A stretch of 64,000 bases of DNA from Nemertoderma westbladi (Eukaryota > Animalia > Xenacoelomorpha). Position 1 is the stretch's first letter; each line of letters opens with the position of its first letter. A program made the translations under genes and the position numbers. Positions 11,851 to 24,652 of the stretch are shown one piece after another. The DNA lies in the NCBI GenBank assembly GCA_032718475.1, contig JAUCBJ010006798.1:1972-65971 (forward strand), in the 5' to 3' direction. The notes below the pieces were generated by a model. That model had not been told where the DNA came from. It did not search any database and saw only the letters and a list, made by a program, of their open reading frames with translations.

Positions 11851-13032
11851 CCTAAAGAGTTGAGGTCTCTATAGGGGTGTGGGTAACAGGCGGCGGCGGA
11901 CTCGTGAGGGTCTGGGGGCACGTTAAATCCAAATATAGTGCTAGGGAGTCACTGAAGGCCCTCGTGTCTAACGAACCATGAATTGCCATGGTGCCGTGGT
12001 TCCGTCTAGTCGGCATGTTGCCGTACTGCCAGTCCTGTACACAGTAGGGGTGGTGGCATGGCGTGATTTGTGGTTCATGTGGCGTGAACTATGTTTTGTA
12101 TGTGAGCAACCAGTGGCAGTTGGCTTTGGGGCTTGGATGGTTCCATTGGCCATCAGCTGTTCCGTTTTTTTGATACTATATGTTATTGTCTCCATGTTCA
12201 GCTGATTGGTCTTTGGAGTGTGTTGAACTTCTGGGTCTCTGAGTCTCTGTTGCTGTAGGTACGTGAGTACACGTGATTGTATGTGTGGCCACTGCGAGTG
12301 AGTATGGGAACCCTTGCCAGTTGGACCAGACGCCGCTGGTATTAGTAGGACCATATCTCTACTGCGCCCCAGCATACTTTGTGCACACAAAGATATTTTG
12401 CCCTGATGGCAAAATAAGGTACTCTCGACTCTTTATGAGTTGATACAATTTTGTCCCCTCTGATTTGACCCCGATTTTGTCTTACCCGATTTTGTCTTCT
12501 GTGTGTACGTGGTATGTGTTCGATTTTGTGCTTACCGTTGTGTACTTGATTTCGTGAACATCTGTTGAGTACACGTGTACAGTGACTGGTAAGTGGTTAC
12601 TTGTTCAGTAGCTTTTGAGCTACAGACAGTATTGTCTTTTCAATACTGCCGGCGAGGCAGGTGAAAACGAGTCAAAATTCCATGTTGGGTAGCGCAAGCC
12701 CACATGGGACAAGACCATCGGTTAGGCCCAAGGGCGACCTTGGTGCTCGATCGCTATCGACTGGTCCACCTGCCGGTTGACTCTTTGTTATACTTTTGAG
12801 TTGGCTCAATGTACAGTCAGGCCACAGTAAGTTGACAGTAGCCGCCCATCTGGCTACACGTTCGACGAGCTGTGCCGGTGTGATCGGGGGACCGAAAACA
12901 GAACCCGGGAAGCATCGGGCCACCCTCCGGCCCGGTCTGATAATAACATCAGTCGGACTGGCCCCAGGGGTGGTGGAAACACGTCCGCCTCGTGGGTGCG
13001 CCTCGGGGAGGAGCCCAGAAGGACGAAAGCGA
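11851..13032. other. 1.18-kb insertion of unknown type in the integrase of B
   Basis: Interrupts IN just after GIDCFGPI; no clear TSD, TIR or tail; 12968-13031 is the exact reverse complement of 63937-64000. Confidence 0.8.
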
Positions 13033-13901
13033 ATCGCGAAACGCGGAAGGGTACAGGTAAAACGTTGGGGATTGATCTTCACTTGCATGGCCAGCAGAGC
13101 TGTCCATATAGAGCGAGTGACAGACTTGACCACCAATGCCTTTATCCTAGCCTTACGGCGATTTATCGCTAGACGTGGATTGGTCAAATCCATATACTGC
13201 GACCAAGGGACAAACTTTGTGGGTGCACGGAACGAAATAACCAGAGCTTTGAGAAAGTTGGACCAAAACCAGATTTCCGAGGAACTACGTCCTCACCGTA
13301 TTGTTTGGAATTTCAACACTCCAGACAGTCCGTGGAGAGGTGGCGTTTGGGAAAGGCTGATTGGCTAAATTAAGACAGCTATGGCTAAAGTCGTACCGAC
13401 GCAACACATCTTGACAGACGACCAACTGACGACGTTACTTATAGAAATCGAAGCAATCTTAAATACAAGACCGATCGCTTTGATCCCAGACAATAACGAC
13501 GTACAGTTCGCCTTGACACCAGCGCACCTGCTTATGCAGGCGCCGAAGACATTGTTGCCCATTTCGGTACCCGTTGATAGTGACGGATACAGCAACAAGG
13601 CTTGGAAAATCACTCAATTGCTTGCAAATAAATTCTGGGAAATATGGCAGAAATATTATTTGCCCTCTATTTCGACCAGAACCTCTTGGTATCTAAATAC
13701 CCGATGTTTAAGACGTGGTGACCATGTTTTATTGGCTGAAGAAAATCTGAAAAGACGGTTTTGGCTGACTGGAGTCATTTTGACCACGCACCCTACATCT
13801 GGTGTAGTGAGGACAGTTACTGTAAGGACTATCGACGGACGTACCGTAGATAGGCCTGTACAACGTCTCGTGCTCCTTGAGGAGACTAGAAACGAGACAG
13901 G
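13033..13901 (+). pseudogene. Element B integrase core and C-terminus (internal stop)
   Basis: KRWGLIFTCMASRAVHIE, CDQGTNF, GGVWERLIG*, RPVQRLVLLEE; last codons resume after C at 24658-24691. Confidence 0.9.
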
Positions 13902-15117
13902 TGTTCGCGCTTTCAGACCTTTGGCAGTTTAACCCGCCAAATTAAGATGTCTTCTAGATATTAAATCGCTTTTTAGCCTATGACAAGTATTTGATTCACT
14001 ACACTAGTCGAAACCAATCCGTGCGCGACCATTCACCCGCTGGATATTCCCGGGAGATTGGGTTCGACGGTTTAATTTTGTTGCTATGTAAGCCTAATGT
14101 ATTATTCGACTGACAGTATTATATAATCTCTGACAATATTATTTACCTTCGGGAATATTAACAGTTCCTTTAGGACGTGGCGCTTTATCTACATAAACAG
14201 AGTTATGACTTAAACTACTCACAACGATATGGCTTAATTATAATTCACATATATGGCGCATTCTTTAGGAATGCTTCTTTAACAGACTCACTCATACACA
14301 ATGCTGCACAATACTGCACACTAATCTGCCGATCTTCACTGATTTTAGTCACATATAAAAGAAACACAGACTGACTCATGTAGGGTCTATCAAATAACAT
14401 TAGATTCACTTCAAACCACCTTAACATAAGTCACAATCGTTTATCTGTAACCCTTCTCTCTTACCTTCGGTATATCAAGAATATTGGGTTTCGGGGTTAT
14501 TTATCGTTATTCCAAATATAATAATTCATCAACCATGTTATGAAGAACTGACAGTAAATAGCAGTATAACAATATAAAAGTATGCACAGTATTACACAGT
14601 ATGCAGTGTATGCAGTACTGCAGTATGCAGTGATTACGAAATTGCAGAGTGTTTGTTTCGTCAGTTAAAGGATATATGTCCTTGTAATTAAACCTACTAG
14701 TGTTGAGCTAAAAAGCAGAAAGCACAAAACACTAAAAAGCCGTTCTTTCGTGGCTTTGAAAAACTCGTGACTACTGCTCTATACGAGGATACCAACTCCC
14801 TTATTCCACGAAGCTCCCGTTCAACACAGAGAAAGAGCAGTGAGATAGGAAATTTTCAGTTCAGTACTCTGTGATTGGTCAAAATCAAGGCTAACTCAAA
14901 ATTCTATTGGGAGATACAAAAACAAGGCTATGACGCAACCTCCCTAGGCTTGTTGGCCGATTAAACAGAGCCCAGATGCCTGCGTACAGCAAATCAGCCA
15001 ATAAGCTGGTAACTTGCACTATTTTTAGCTGTAGATCACTTTGAGAGTATTCTTAGCGACTGGGGGGGAACTGGCCAACAAGGCAAACGAATCAGTTATC
15101 CCACAAAAGCTTTTACA
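13902..15117 (-). repeat. 3' LTR of C
   Basis: Near-identical to 23437-24652 (one mismatch seen by eye, ~14670 vs ~24205); adjacent PPT. Confidence 0.96.
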
Positions 15118-18067
15118 CCGCTCCCAGAAAATGGGATTTAAGTCTATAAAATATACAAAATCACAGTTTCTAAAATATAAAAATACTCTAAACAGTTAGT
15201 CTATCTTGCGCGGACGGCGTTTACGCAGTTTCTTAAGGCTAGCAAGAGTCCTTTTCTCTTTGGGGGAAGCCACTTTACTAGGAGGGCCATAACTCCTGGG
15301 TGAAGGGTGCAATATGATTGCATTAAAAGGTTTGGGTTTACGGTCGGTGTCTCGTCCATTTCGATATGCTTCTCCTCGAGCTGATTTTCCTCCGCTTGTC
15401 ATGGGATACGTTCGTCCAAAACTCTCGCAGAGAATAGGGTTTTCTAAGCTTGATATCTTCTTTGAGATTCGAGGTTTCCCAATCGAACTGAGATAAGGCC
15501 AATTCGTTTATCGATTGGACTTAATGTTATAACTTACGTTTATCTGAACAAACGCAGGTTTCTTTGTTGATCTTTATAGAATAGCGTTTAACTCGTGTCG
15601 TACAACGCTCTCCTTCACTTTGATGAAGGGTTGTATCGCGTTAAACGGGACGACCATACGGTTGGATAATGATATTAGGTGTCTGCGTCATAATCCAGCT
15701 AGGTAAGATGGGCGGCTAGCTAGAAATCACTGTCGGAGTGTTACCGATTAATTGTTAGGGTAGCACTAGATCTTGAACAGTGAATACCGTCCGCGAGGAT
15801 CCGCGACACCACCAGGATCGCAGGTCTGAGGTCCAACTAAGGAATGAGGAGGTTTGACCGAGTATTCCGGGACTCTGATCGTAGGTTTACTCTAGGATCG
15901 TTAGAGCCGAGTGAGCATAGGTGATACGTCAAACAAGTTTCGCTCGAAACTCCAGTAAATATAACGAACACAACTGTGTTTAACACGACGTTTCCGTGGA
16001 TGTTTATGTCTTTCCGTTTATTGGCTGGGTCTAGGACATTTATCGTAATAATACCAAAGACGCACGTCTGGTAGGGGAAACACGGGTGATATTTATTTGT
16101 TGTTACAACGCTTCTATCAAGAATTCCAAATATACGTTGGAGTTACCGCGTCCATTTGTTTCTTTAGTGTCTTTTCTTTCGAGTCGATTTCGAATAGAAT
16201 TTTCGCATTCGAATTTCAGTTTATGGTTCCGACTCCGCTGGGCAGGATATATAGTCGACATAGTCCGTATTGTGTAAATCGATAGGATGACCAGTAGTTA
16301 AGAAGACCACATACGTACCATTACGCTGCGTATAAGCTATCAACAAACGCTTGCAAAAGTAGAGTATATCGCTCCCCGATACCAAGAACATCTGCTATCA
16401 ACTCCATCATGTCTGCTATATATGAGTTTATCCACATTATAAGGAGTTTATATTCAGGCTAGCGAGCGTCGCTGCCTACTCCAATTAACCCCCGGACAGT
16501 ACGAGATCCTCAGCGCCGATGTGTCGTCGCCGCTGTACTTTCGCCAACGACGTAGCCGCACAACGACAACGACAACCGGCACAAGTCACTCGACTGTCCG
16601 TCCCAAAGGCTTAGATGTACTTCAGGTTTTCCTTGGAGAGTTAGGTTACTTTTACGATTGCGACTAGCTACTGTAAACACACCTTAGTAGTAACATTCGC
16701 CTATAAACTCACAAGTACCACACACACAACTTGTCACAAATTACACACACTCGGGTCACTTGTCCGTTAGTCAATGCCTTCCAGAATGTCACTATATTAT
16801 TATGTATCCTTGGATACTATCAGTGCACTATTTATTCCCTATGCTATTCAATGGGACAAGCTTTCTATTGTTCTTTTAACTCAATTCTAATTCTAGCGTG
16901 GTTGTTGCTATGGTGACATTATGCAAAGCTAGCGGTAGAATTAGAGCAATTCCAATGCATACAGATCTGGGATGTTATTTAATAGTATTCTTTAATAGTC
17001 AATGTTCTGTTTTATACATGACTTTATGAATTTTATCGGCTATTGACTATGTTTGGGAGACTTTCGCACACTCATACACATAATAAGATAAATCTCCGCT
17101 CCCTTGATCTATTAATTAATGGAATTTTGGGAATGTTATAAATTGCGTAAAAATGGCAATTTATTAAATTCATTAAAAGGCATGAATTTAAATTTATTCC
17201 CTGAAATTTTATTATTTGATAATTAAATTGACATATTTTGATTCTAGAATATGTCTGGGGACACAAGATCCTTAATTCTATGACAATTGTCTTTTTAAGA
17301 ATATCGGTAAATGCTACGATATCTTAATTGACTAGAATTGCTGAAGGATCTGAATTTTACAGATTTTGATTTATTAGATTTGCAAATATTAAATAATTAA
17401 TATTTGAGATGGGCACCGATTTATTCCAGAACTTGTCTGGGGACGTTAACCACTGATTCTAGAATTTGTCTTTCAAGTATATCGGTGGGTGCCGCGATAT
17501 CTTAATCGACTAGAATTACAGATGGTCAAAGGGTTTAACAGATTTATTTTGCGTTATACGCTACTGTTAAAGGGACATCACGCTACTATATGTATTATTT
17601 AATATACGGTATGAGAGCAATATCGCACGAAGCAATGTCAGTGTGAAGAGGCAAGTCGTTTCCAAGGTCTACCCAGAGCTTGGTTTAGCCGAGACACGAG
17701 GATCTGAACTTTGCATTCCTAATACTCTGCCTACCAATAATACTTGAATATAGTAGTGGCTTTATTGTACTTTAATAAGTACGGACATTTCATCTTACTG
17801 TAGTTACGTATTTGTAATGTAATACGGACAGTAAGGAAGAAGGAAAAGAATTATTTCTTGCCGTCGCATTAAATATAATATATACGTAATTAAGTAATAA
17901 ACGCGAATATATATTGCACTAATCTACTAAATAATCGCTAAAATAACATTCTACTGAATAAAATTAAAGAAAACGATTATAATAAAATTACATAGTAATA
18001 CATACATAAATATAAAAATAATAAAATAATATAAAATAATAGAGTCACACACCCACTCCATATGTTG

Positions 18068-21000
18068 TTACGTTATGGAGTCCCTAGATGTTTGAAGGAT
18101 TAGGGAGGTGGTCGTGGGAAGAGAATCTTGCCTTCCACAGTTTCCGGAGAGTCCTCCATTCCCTTCCGATAAACACAAACGACCGACTGGGTGATTGAGT
18201 CGCTGCATCCTGAATACAATTCCAGGTTTCCTCTTCGTCCTGGAATAGTGACGATAGAAACATCGCTCAAAGTATATGACGGCGTCACAAAGCCGATTCC
18301 AGGAGCTATAGTGGTCCGTCGCTCTCTGCAGGAGAGGTGAGAGTCCCTGCGAGACGTCTGATGTTCCAGAGCTCCAATCGCTCTCTCTGATCTTCATGAA
18401 GGATCCACTCGCGGAGGGGAGGCCCAGATCCACGGCGTCGTCCCTGGCAACATGTAATACCGACAGATCTATCCCGGGTTCAAATAACTCCGATCCACCC
18501 GTCCGGGTTTCAGGTTCGACTTTCTCCGCTCCCTTGGCTGGTCTAATCTCAGTCGGAGTAAGATGGGGAGGCCATTCATTCTCCTTACTCAGGAAGTCGG
18601 GTTCACCTAACCGGTCTATAGTATCTGTCAGTTCTTGAGGAGTTGCTCCTCTGGAAGCGATGTCCGTTGGATTAAACTTCTTGGGGCAATATCTCCATTG
18701 ATCTACATTGGAGCTAAGATTGTCATTATCTGAGGAGTGTGGTGTTCCCTCAGTTGGGTCGTCTCCCTCACTAGTATCATCTTCCCATTCACTCACCTGG
18801 CAGACGCGATCTTGAAGCAGTCTTTCCCTGAGCGTTCTACCGGAAGGTCCAGTAAGGTACCAACCTACTCTAGTTCTTACCGCATAGGTCTGTAGTGGCT
18901 GCGGTTGAGCAGGCCGTTTCTCTAATGTCTCCAGCGCCTCATGCGCGTTTTGGCCGATGAGTATTTGCACTCCAGGATAATCAGTCTGGAATCGAGGTAT
19001 GTTAAGATGTTGGATGCTCTCATCCTCGTCCCAATTATAAAGGTCTGCTTGAGTAGTAGCGAAGTTCTTTATAGCCACCATTTTCACTGACCTTATACTG
19101 TATTCTCCTAGTTTATCCTGTGGAGTGGACAACTCACCTATATAATAGTCGGCAGCTACAGTAGAATTCCAAACCTGCATGATCCCTGACATGTTTAGCT
19201 TGGTTCGGAACTTGGGTTGTCCAGCAAAGATGACTTCGGCTAGTTCCCTATCGATGAATGTTCCTGTGCTACCGGAGTCCAGGAGGGCGTTCACTATATA
19301 GCTCTTCTGAGGTCCGTGGACCCGTAACTGGACTACAGGAAATTCTCGGATTCCTATATTGGAAGTTGGCGCTTTCCAAGATGGTTGTTGATCGGAAGTA
19401 GTTAAGGTAAGGTCGCTGTCTGTGTCTTTCTCATACACGAGTGCTCGATACACTGCGGTGGTGTTTATTAGGTAACAGGATTCGTTTTGGTCGGAGAACT
19501 CGTCCGTATAGAATCCTTCCATCTCAGATTGATCAGTGTCGTTCACATCACTGAATTGGACATGTAGTTCGGACTCACTTACCTGACTCGGGCTGTTTTG
19601 TTCGAATTCCGTGTGCAACAAGATATGATGTTTTGCGCCGCACTTTGCACACCTTGCGTCGGAGTTACAGGTTCGCCGTTGGTGTCCTCGTCTGAGGCAA
19701 TTATAACACAACCGCTTATCCCACATGACTTCACGTCTATCCTCGAGTGATTTCCTCAGGAATTTATCACACGCATTTAAACGGTGGGGCCCGTCGCACA
19801 GCACACATTTCGGCTTGATGTTACTTACTTTAACCTGTGCTATGTGGTGCACACTTGTTCTTTCCTCGGGCTTTCTCACCTGAATTCCTTTAGGAGACGT
19901 AGGAGGGGTTTTTTGTACCGGTTCCCTTCTGTCATTGGGTCGAGACTTGGATTTACTTACCTGTTCTTTAGGCATTTTATTGACATAATAAGGCCTGTCA
20001 GTGTCTTTCCCGCTGTCCTCTCCTTGAGAGGTTTGGCTTTCACCGTCGTCGGTATAACATACTGGTGTTACCCTTCTCCTAGAAACGGGTTTCTCACTTA
20101 CCTTGTTTTCCAATGTCTTCTCTCTGGACTGCCTTAGGAGCTGTAATTTCACTTCTCTATCTAAGAATGACATGAGATCAGTCATGGTAGGGTCTCGTCG
20201 TTGTTGTTCCATCATATATAACACCTTCTTATCCCAGCGTGTACCTACTCCACCCTTGGGCAAAGCAGATGCTAAGGCTCTTACAACCATAGAATTCTGG
20301 TATTCATGAGACTTACCTAGCCAATCTAATTGTCTACAGATCTCCTGAATCTCATCGGAAAACTCTATAATCCCGCTGCTAAGAAACTTTCGGGGCGCCA
20401 TTAATTTTGCATACAAATACCCAGCTATGTCATTCCTATTACCATACCTGATGTTTAGTGTATCCCAAACTTGTCTTAATCCATCTGGATGTCCAATAAA
20501 TTTTAACGCCATTGACTTGGGAGGTCCTTCCAAACATTCGATGAGGAATCTAAGTTTCTCTCCGTTAGATAGTACAGAGGTGAATTATATTTTAATTTGT
20601 TTTGTGAACTACTGTTTATTTAAATATTGTCTGTAAATTGTGTGCGGTCATTCTGGAACAAAATATAAGAGCCCTTACAGGCTCACATCAATCAATCAAA
20701 ACAGAGTTCTGTATGTTATCTTTGTAATATTCATTAAAAGGTAACCATTTCATCTCATCTCCATTGAACTTGACAATCTCTCCAACCTTTACCGCTTGCC
20801 GGGCTTCGGTTCTAGCCATTTGACGCGTAAAACTTTCTTGGGCCATCGTGCTATTTAATATCGAGTTATCGGTATATAAATTTCTCGGATTATGATCAGT
20901 TCTATAGGGAATATCATTATCAACAGGTCTATAATTACCCTTAATAGGGTTCACTATAGGAGTTTCTACTTCGCTAGCAGTATAAATGCGTGTAGGCTCC

Positions 21001-21248
21001 ACACCTTGCGCATGAGATACTTCAGACCTAACAGGTTGACACATTGTTACAGAGGGTGGTGGTATACCCTTTTGGGTATTTACTAATTTATCGCGTTCAA
21101 GCGCGATACTTTGCTGCACTTCTTGCAACTCTAGCCTACTTTCCCTTACTGTGCCCTTGAATTGCTGGACAGTCTCCTGCATCTGCCCGAGCAGGATATC
21201 CATTGTATCTAGTAGACTGTCTGACAGGTTCTGCTTAGTATCAGACAT
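18068..21248 (-). pseudogene. Element C gag-protease fused in frame to the RNase H tail/linker; split by a 121-bp insert
   Basis: KFNGDEMKW, knuckles CVLCDGPH/CYNCLRRGH/CAKCGAKHH, protease ALLDSGS, then directly QWRYCPKKFNPTDIASRG; no YxDD or DDE motifs. Confidence 0.88.
20580..20700 (+). mobile_element. 121-bp 5'-truncated retroposon end inserted in gag of C
   Basis: 6-bp TSD ACAGAG (20574-20579, 20701-20706); (ATCA)n tail; removal restores NSVLSNGEKLRFLIECLEGPP. Confidence 0.8.
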
Positions 21249-22579
21249 GACTAGGTATGTACAGTTGAATGCCTACTGCTATATTACAGTCTAAGCAAGT
21301 CTAGTAACTCAGTATGAACTGCTAGCCTAGTAATTAATTACCGTTACTGCTACTCAATGTAGCGAGATATATATATAATATATTAGAATACCGGTATACT
21401 TATAGTATATATAACTATATAAGTATTATTACAGACTAGGTTTATCTCCGAATACCGGTATAATTTTAGCATAAAATATATATAAATATATAATAGGCCT
21501 ATCGGAATACCGGTATACAGCTTACAGTTTATAGTATATATAATTCTGAAATAGAATTAATTACAAGTACCGGTATAATTTCAGCCTAGATTTATAGAAA
21601 TAAAGATAATAGGCCTATCGTAAATACCGGTATATCAATTGTTTCAAATAATTGAATTTCTGTTACTTTAGGGTTACTTGGTTACTCTAACTTACTTTAT
21701 TACCGTTATTTAAGCAGTAATCCAACTGATATTAAGACCTAATGGTTGTATGGTAGGCCTACTATTTATAAATCTTTAGATTTGATTTATAATATATATA
21801 TACCCGTTTTAATGGGTTTTGTCAATGTTTGAAATAAATGTTATTATTTCTGGGGAGTAATCACTACACAAAGCGGTGCGCTTTCAGTGAAGTGTTACTT
21901 ATGAGACACTAAAACAAATAATACTAATTTACCTAAGTTACTTAATACTACAAATTACGTACAATTCGGGTTGAGATTACAATCTCTAAATAAACACAAA
22001 AATTTACAAAAAACACAAAATACGAATTTTTAGGGTAATTTTACAAGAAGTCTACAAACCAGCCTAACAAAGGGTTAGAATACCGGTTATTACAACGGAC
22101 AGGGTACTACGGTATTTGAAATAATAAGTAGTAGTAAATACACTGCGTTGTCTAGATAGGAAAATACCACCGCCTGACGACCTATAGCCGTATCGCTATA
22201 GGTACTACGTTATGTATCACGGAGTGTTCCTACCTAGAAGTTAATAGAGCTAATCGAATGTGCCTATCAACCACTTTACAACACAAATATAATGCCTACA
22301 CTTACTTTCGGAAAGCACTGTACACTAAACCCTAAATTAGGTACGAGTACTTGTACAACAGATAATCAGTAGTTAAATATACTTGAACAGCTAAAAGAAC
22401 CACGGCATCTGCTGGAGTGACCGATGCACAAAATCACCAGTCTTTACCTACGCCGAGCAGCCCGTGTAGTACCGGGGTTAATTTAACTATAGCGGTATGT
22501 ATAACAAACACAATTACTGTAGGAACAAACTTGGGGAATGAATGTTGCGGATAATCGCATAAACTCTGAATAATAAATA

Positions 22580-23140
22580 TTACGCTACGCGTACAAACTA
22601 CTCAAACAAAATACAGACAGAACACTGACAGACTACTATCAAGCCTAAACAAACTACGGTATATGCAGACTCCGAAATGATTAGGGAGTATGCGCTCTAA
22701 CCCAGTAGTGCGACTTATTCTTTAGTTGGGGGATTACCTTACAGCGTTCGCTGCCCCTACTGCCTAATCGTACTTAATCGGACAGATGATCTACACACGC
22801 GGCAATCCGTTCAGACCTAATAACAGCCAGACAACTATCCAGCCTACAAATTATCTAAATAAAATTATACGCTACCCGTACAGACTTACACAAACAAAGT
22901 ACAGACTAAACGATGGCAGACCACTCTCAAGCCTAAATAAACCACAGGACATGCAGACTCCGAAATGATTAGGGAGTATACGCTCTAACCCAGTAGTGCG
23001 ACTTATTCTTTAGTTGGGGGATTACCTTACAGCGTTCGCTGCCCCTACTGCCTAATCGTACTTAATCGGACAGGTGATCTACACACACTGCAATTCGTTC
23101 GGACTTAACAGCAATCAGACAACAGCTCAGCCTACAAATC
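22580..23140. repeat. ~289-bp tandem duplication in the 5' leader of C
   Basis: ATGCAGACTCCGAAATG...GATCTACACAC block at ~22662 and ~22951. Confidence 0.85.
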
Positions 23141-23436
23141 GTCTGTACTATCTGATCAGGCTTACACGCCTTCTGTTCAATACTGGCCTACAAATAAATA
23201 AAACTTGACAGAAATAAGTAAACCATATAAAGGTATAAGGGGTGATCAATCCCTAATCCCCTAAACAGCCTACCGGTATACAACAATCAAATCGAATAAT
23301 ACTAGTGTACTTATACGGCAGTACCGGTTAGAACAGTTAGGCCTACTGACCTACAGAGTGTACCGGTTCAGGTTTACCGGTTGACCGGTACTTTCAACTT
23401 TATTGCTTACTGCAACAAAGAAGCTATATCCTTTAA

Positions 23437-24652
23437 TGTTCGCGCTTTCAGACCTTTGGCAGTTTAACCCGCCAAATTAAGATGTCTTCTAGATATTAAA
23501 TCGCTTTTTAGCCTATGACAAGTATTTGATTCACTACACTAGTCGAAACCAATCCGTGCGCGACCATTCACCCGCTGGATATTCCCGGGAGATTGGGTTC
23601 GACGGTTTAATTTTGTTGCTATGTAAGCCTAATGTATTATTCGACTGACAGTATTATATAATCTCTGACAATATTATTTACCTTCGGGAATATTAACAGT
23701 TCCTTTAGGACGTGGCGCTTTATCTACATAAACAGAGTTATGACTTAAACTACTCACAACGATATGGCTTAATTATAATTCACATATATGGCGCATTCTT
23801 TAGGAATGCTTCTTTAACAGACTCACTCATACACAATGCTGCACAATACTGCACACTAATCTGCCGATCTTCACTGATTTTAGTCACATATAAAAGAAAC
23901 ACAGACTGACTCATGTAGGGTCTATCAAATAACATTAGATTCACTTCAAACCACCTTAACATAAGTCACAATCGTTTATCTGTAACCCTTCTCTCTTACC
24001 TTCGGTATATCAAGAATATTGGGTTTCGGGGTTATTTATCGTTATTCCAAATATAATAATTCATCAACCATGTTATGAAGAACTGACAGTAAATAGCAGT
24101 ATAACAATATAAAAGTATGCACAGTATTACACAGTATGCAGTGTATGCAGTACTGCAGTATGCAGTGATTACGAAATTGCAGAGTGTTTGTTTCGTCAGT
24201 TAAAAGATATATGTCCTTGTAATTAAACCTACTAGTGTTGAGCTAAAAAGCAGAAAGCACAAAACACTAAAAAGCCGTTCTTTCGTGGCTTTGAAAAACT
24301 CGTGACTACTGCTCTATACGAGGATACCAACTCCCTTATTCCACGAAGCTCCCGTTCAACACAGAGAAAGAGCAGTGAGATAGGAAATTTTCAGTTCAGT
24401 ACTCTGTGATTGGTCAAAATCAAGGCTAACTCAAAATTCTATTGGGAGATACAAAAACAAGGCTATGACGCAACCTCCCTAGGCTTGTTGGCCGATTAAA
24501 CAGAGCCCAGATGCCTGCGTACAGCAAATCAGCCAATAAGCTGGTAACTTGCACTATTTTTAGCTGTAGATCACTTTGAGAGTATTCTTAGCGACTGGGG
24601 GGGAACTGGCCAACAAGGCAAACGAATCAGTTATCCCACAAAAGCTTTTACA
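23437..24652 (-). repeat. 5' LTR of C
   Basis: Direct repeat of 13902-15117. Confidence 0.96.

Larger units (their letters stand above)
13902..24652 (-). mobile_element. Young non-autonomous BEL/Pao element C (gag-protease; no RT or IN)
   Basis: Two 1216-bp TG..CA LTRs; 5-bp TSD ACAGG (13897-13901, 24653-24657); minus-strand PPT GGGAGCGG at 15118-15125. Confidence 0.95.

Noticed and set aside
12672-13368. ORFs 12796-13368 (+) and 12672-13193 (-) as genes
   Set aside because: Both span the insert/integrase junction; one is chimeric, the other antisense to IN.
14177-14427. Small ORFs duplicated at 23712-23962
   Set aside because: They lie within C's LTRs, so identity reflects LTR duplication.
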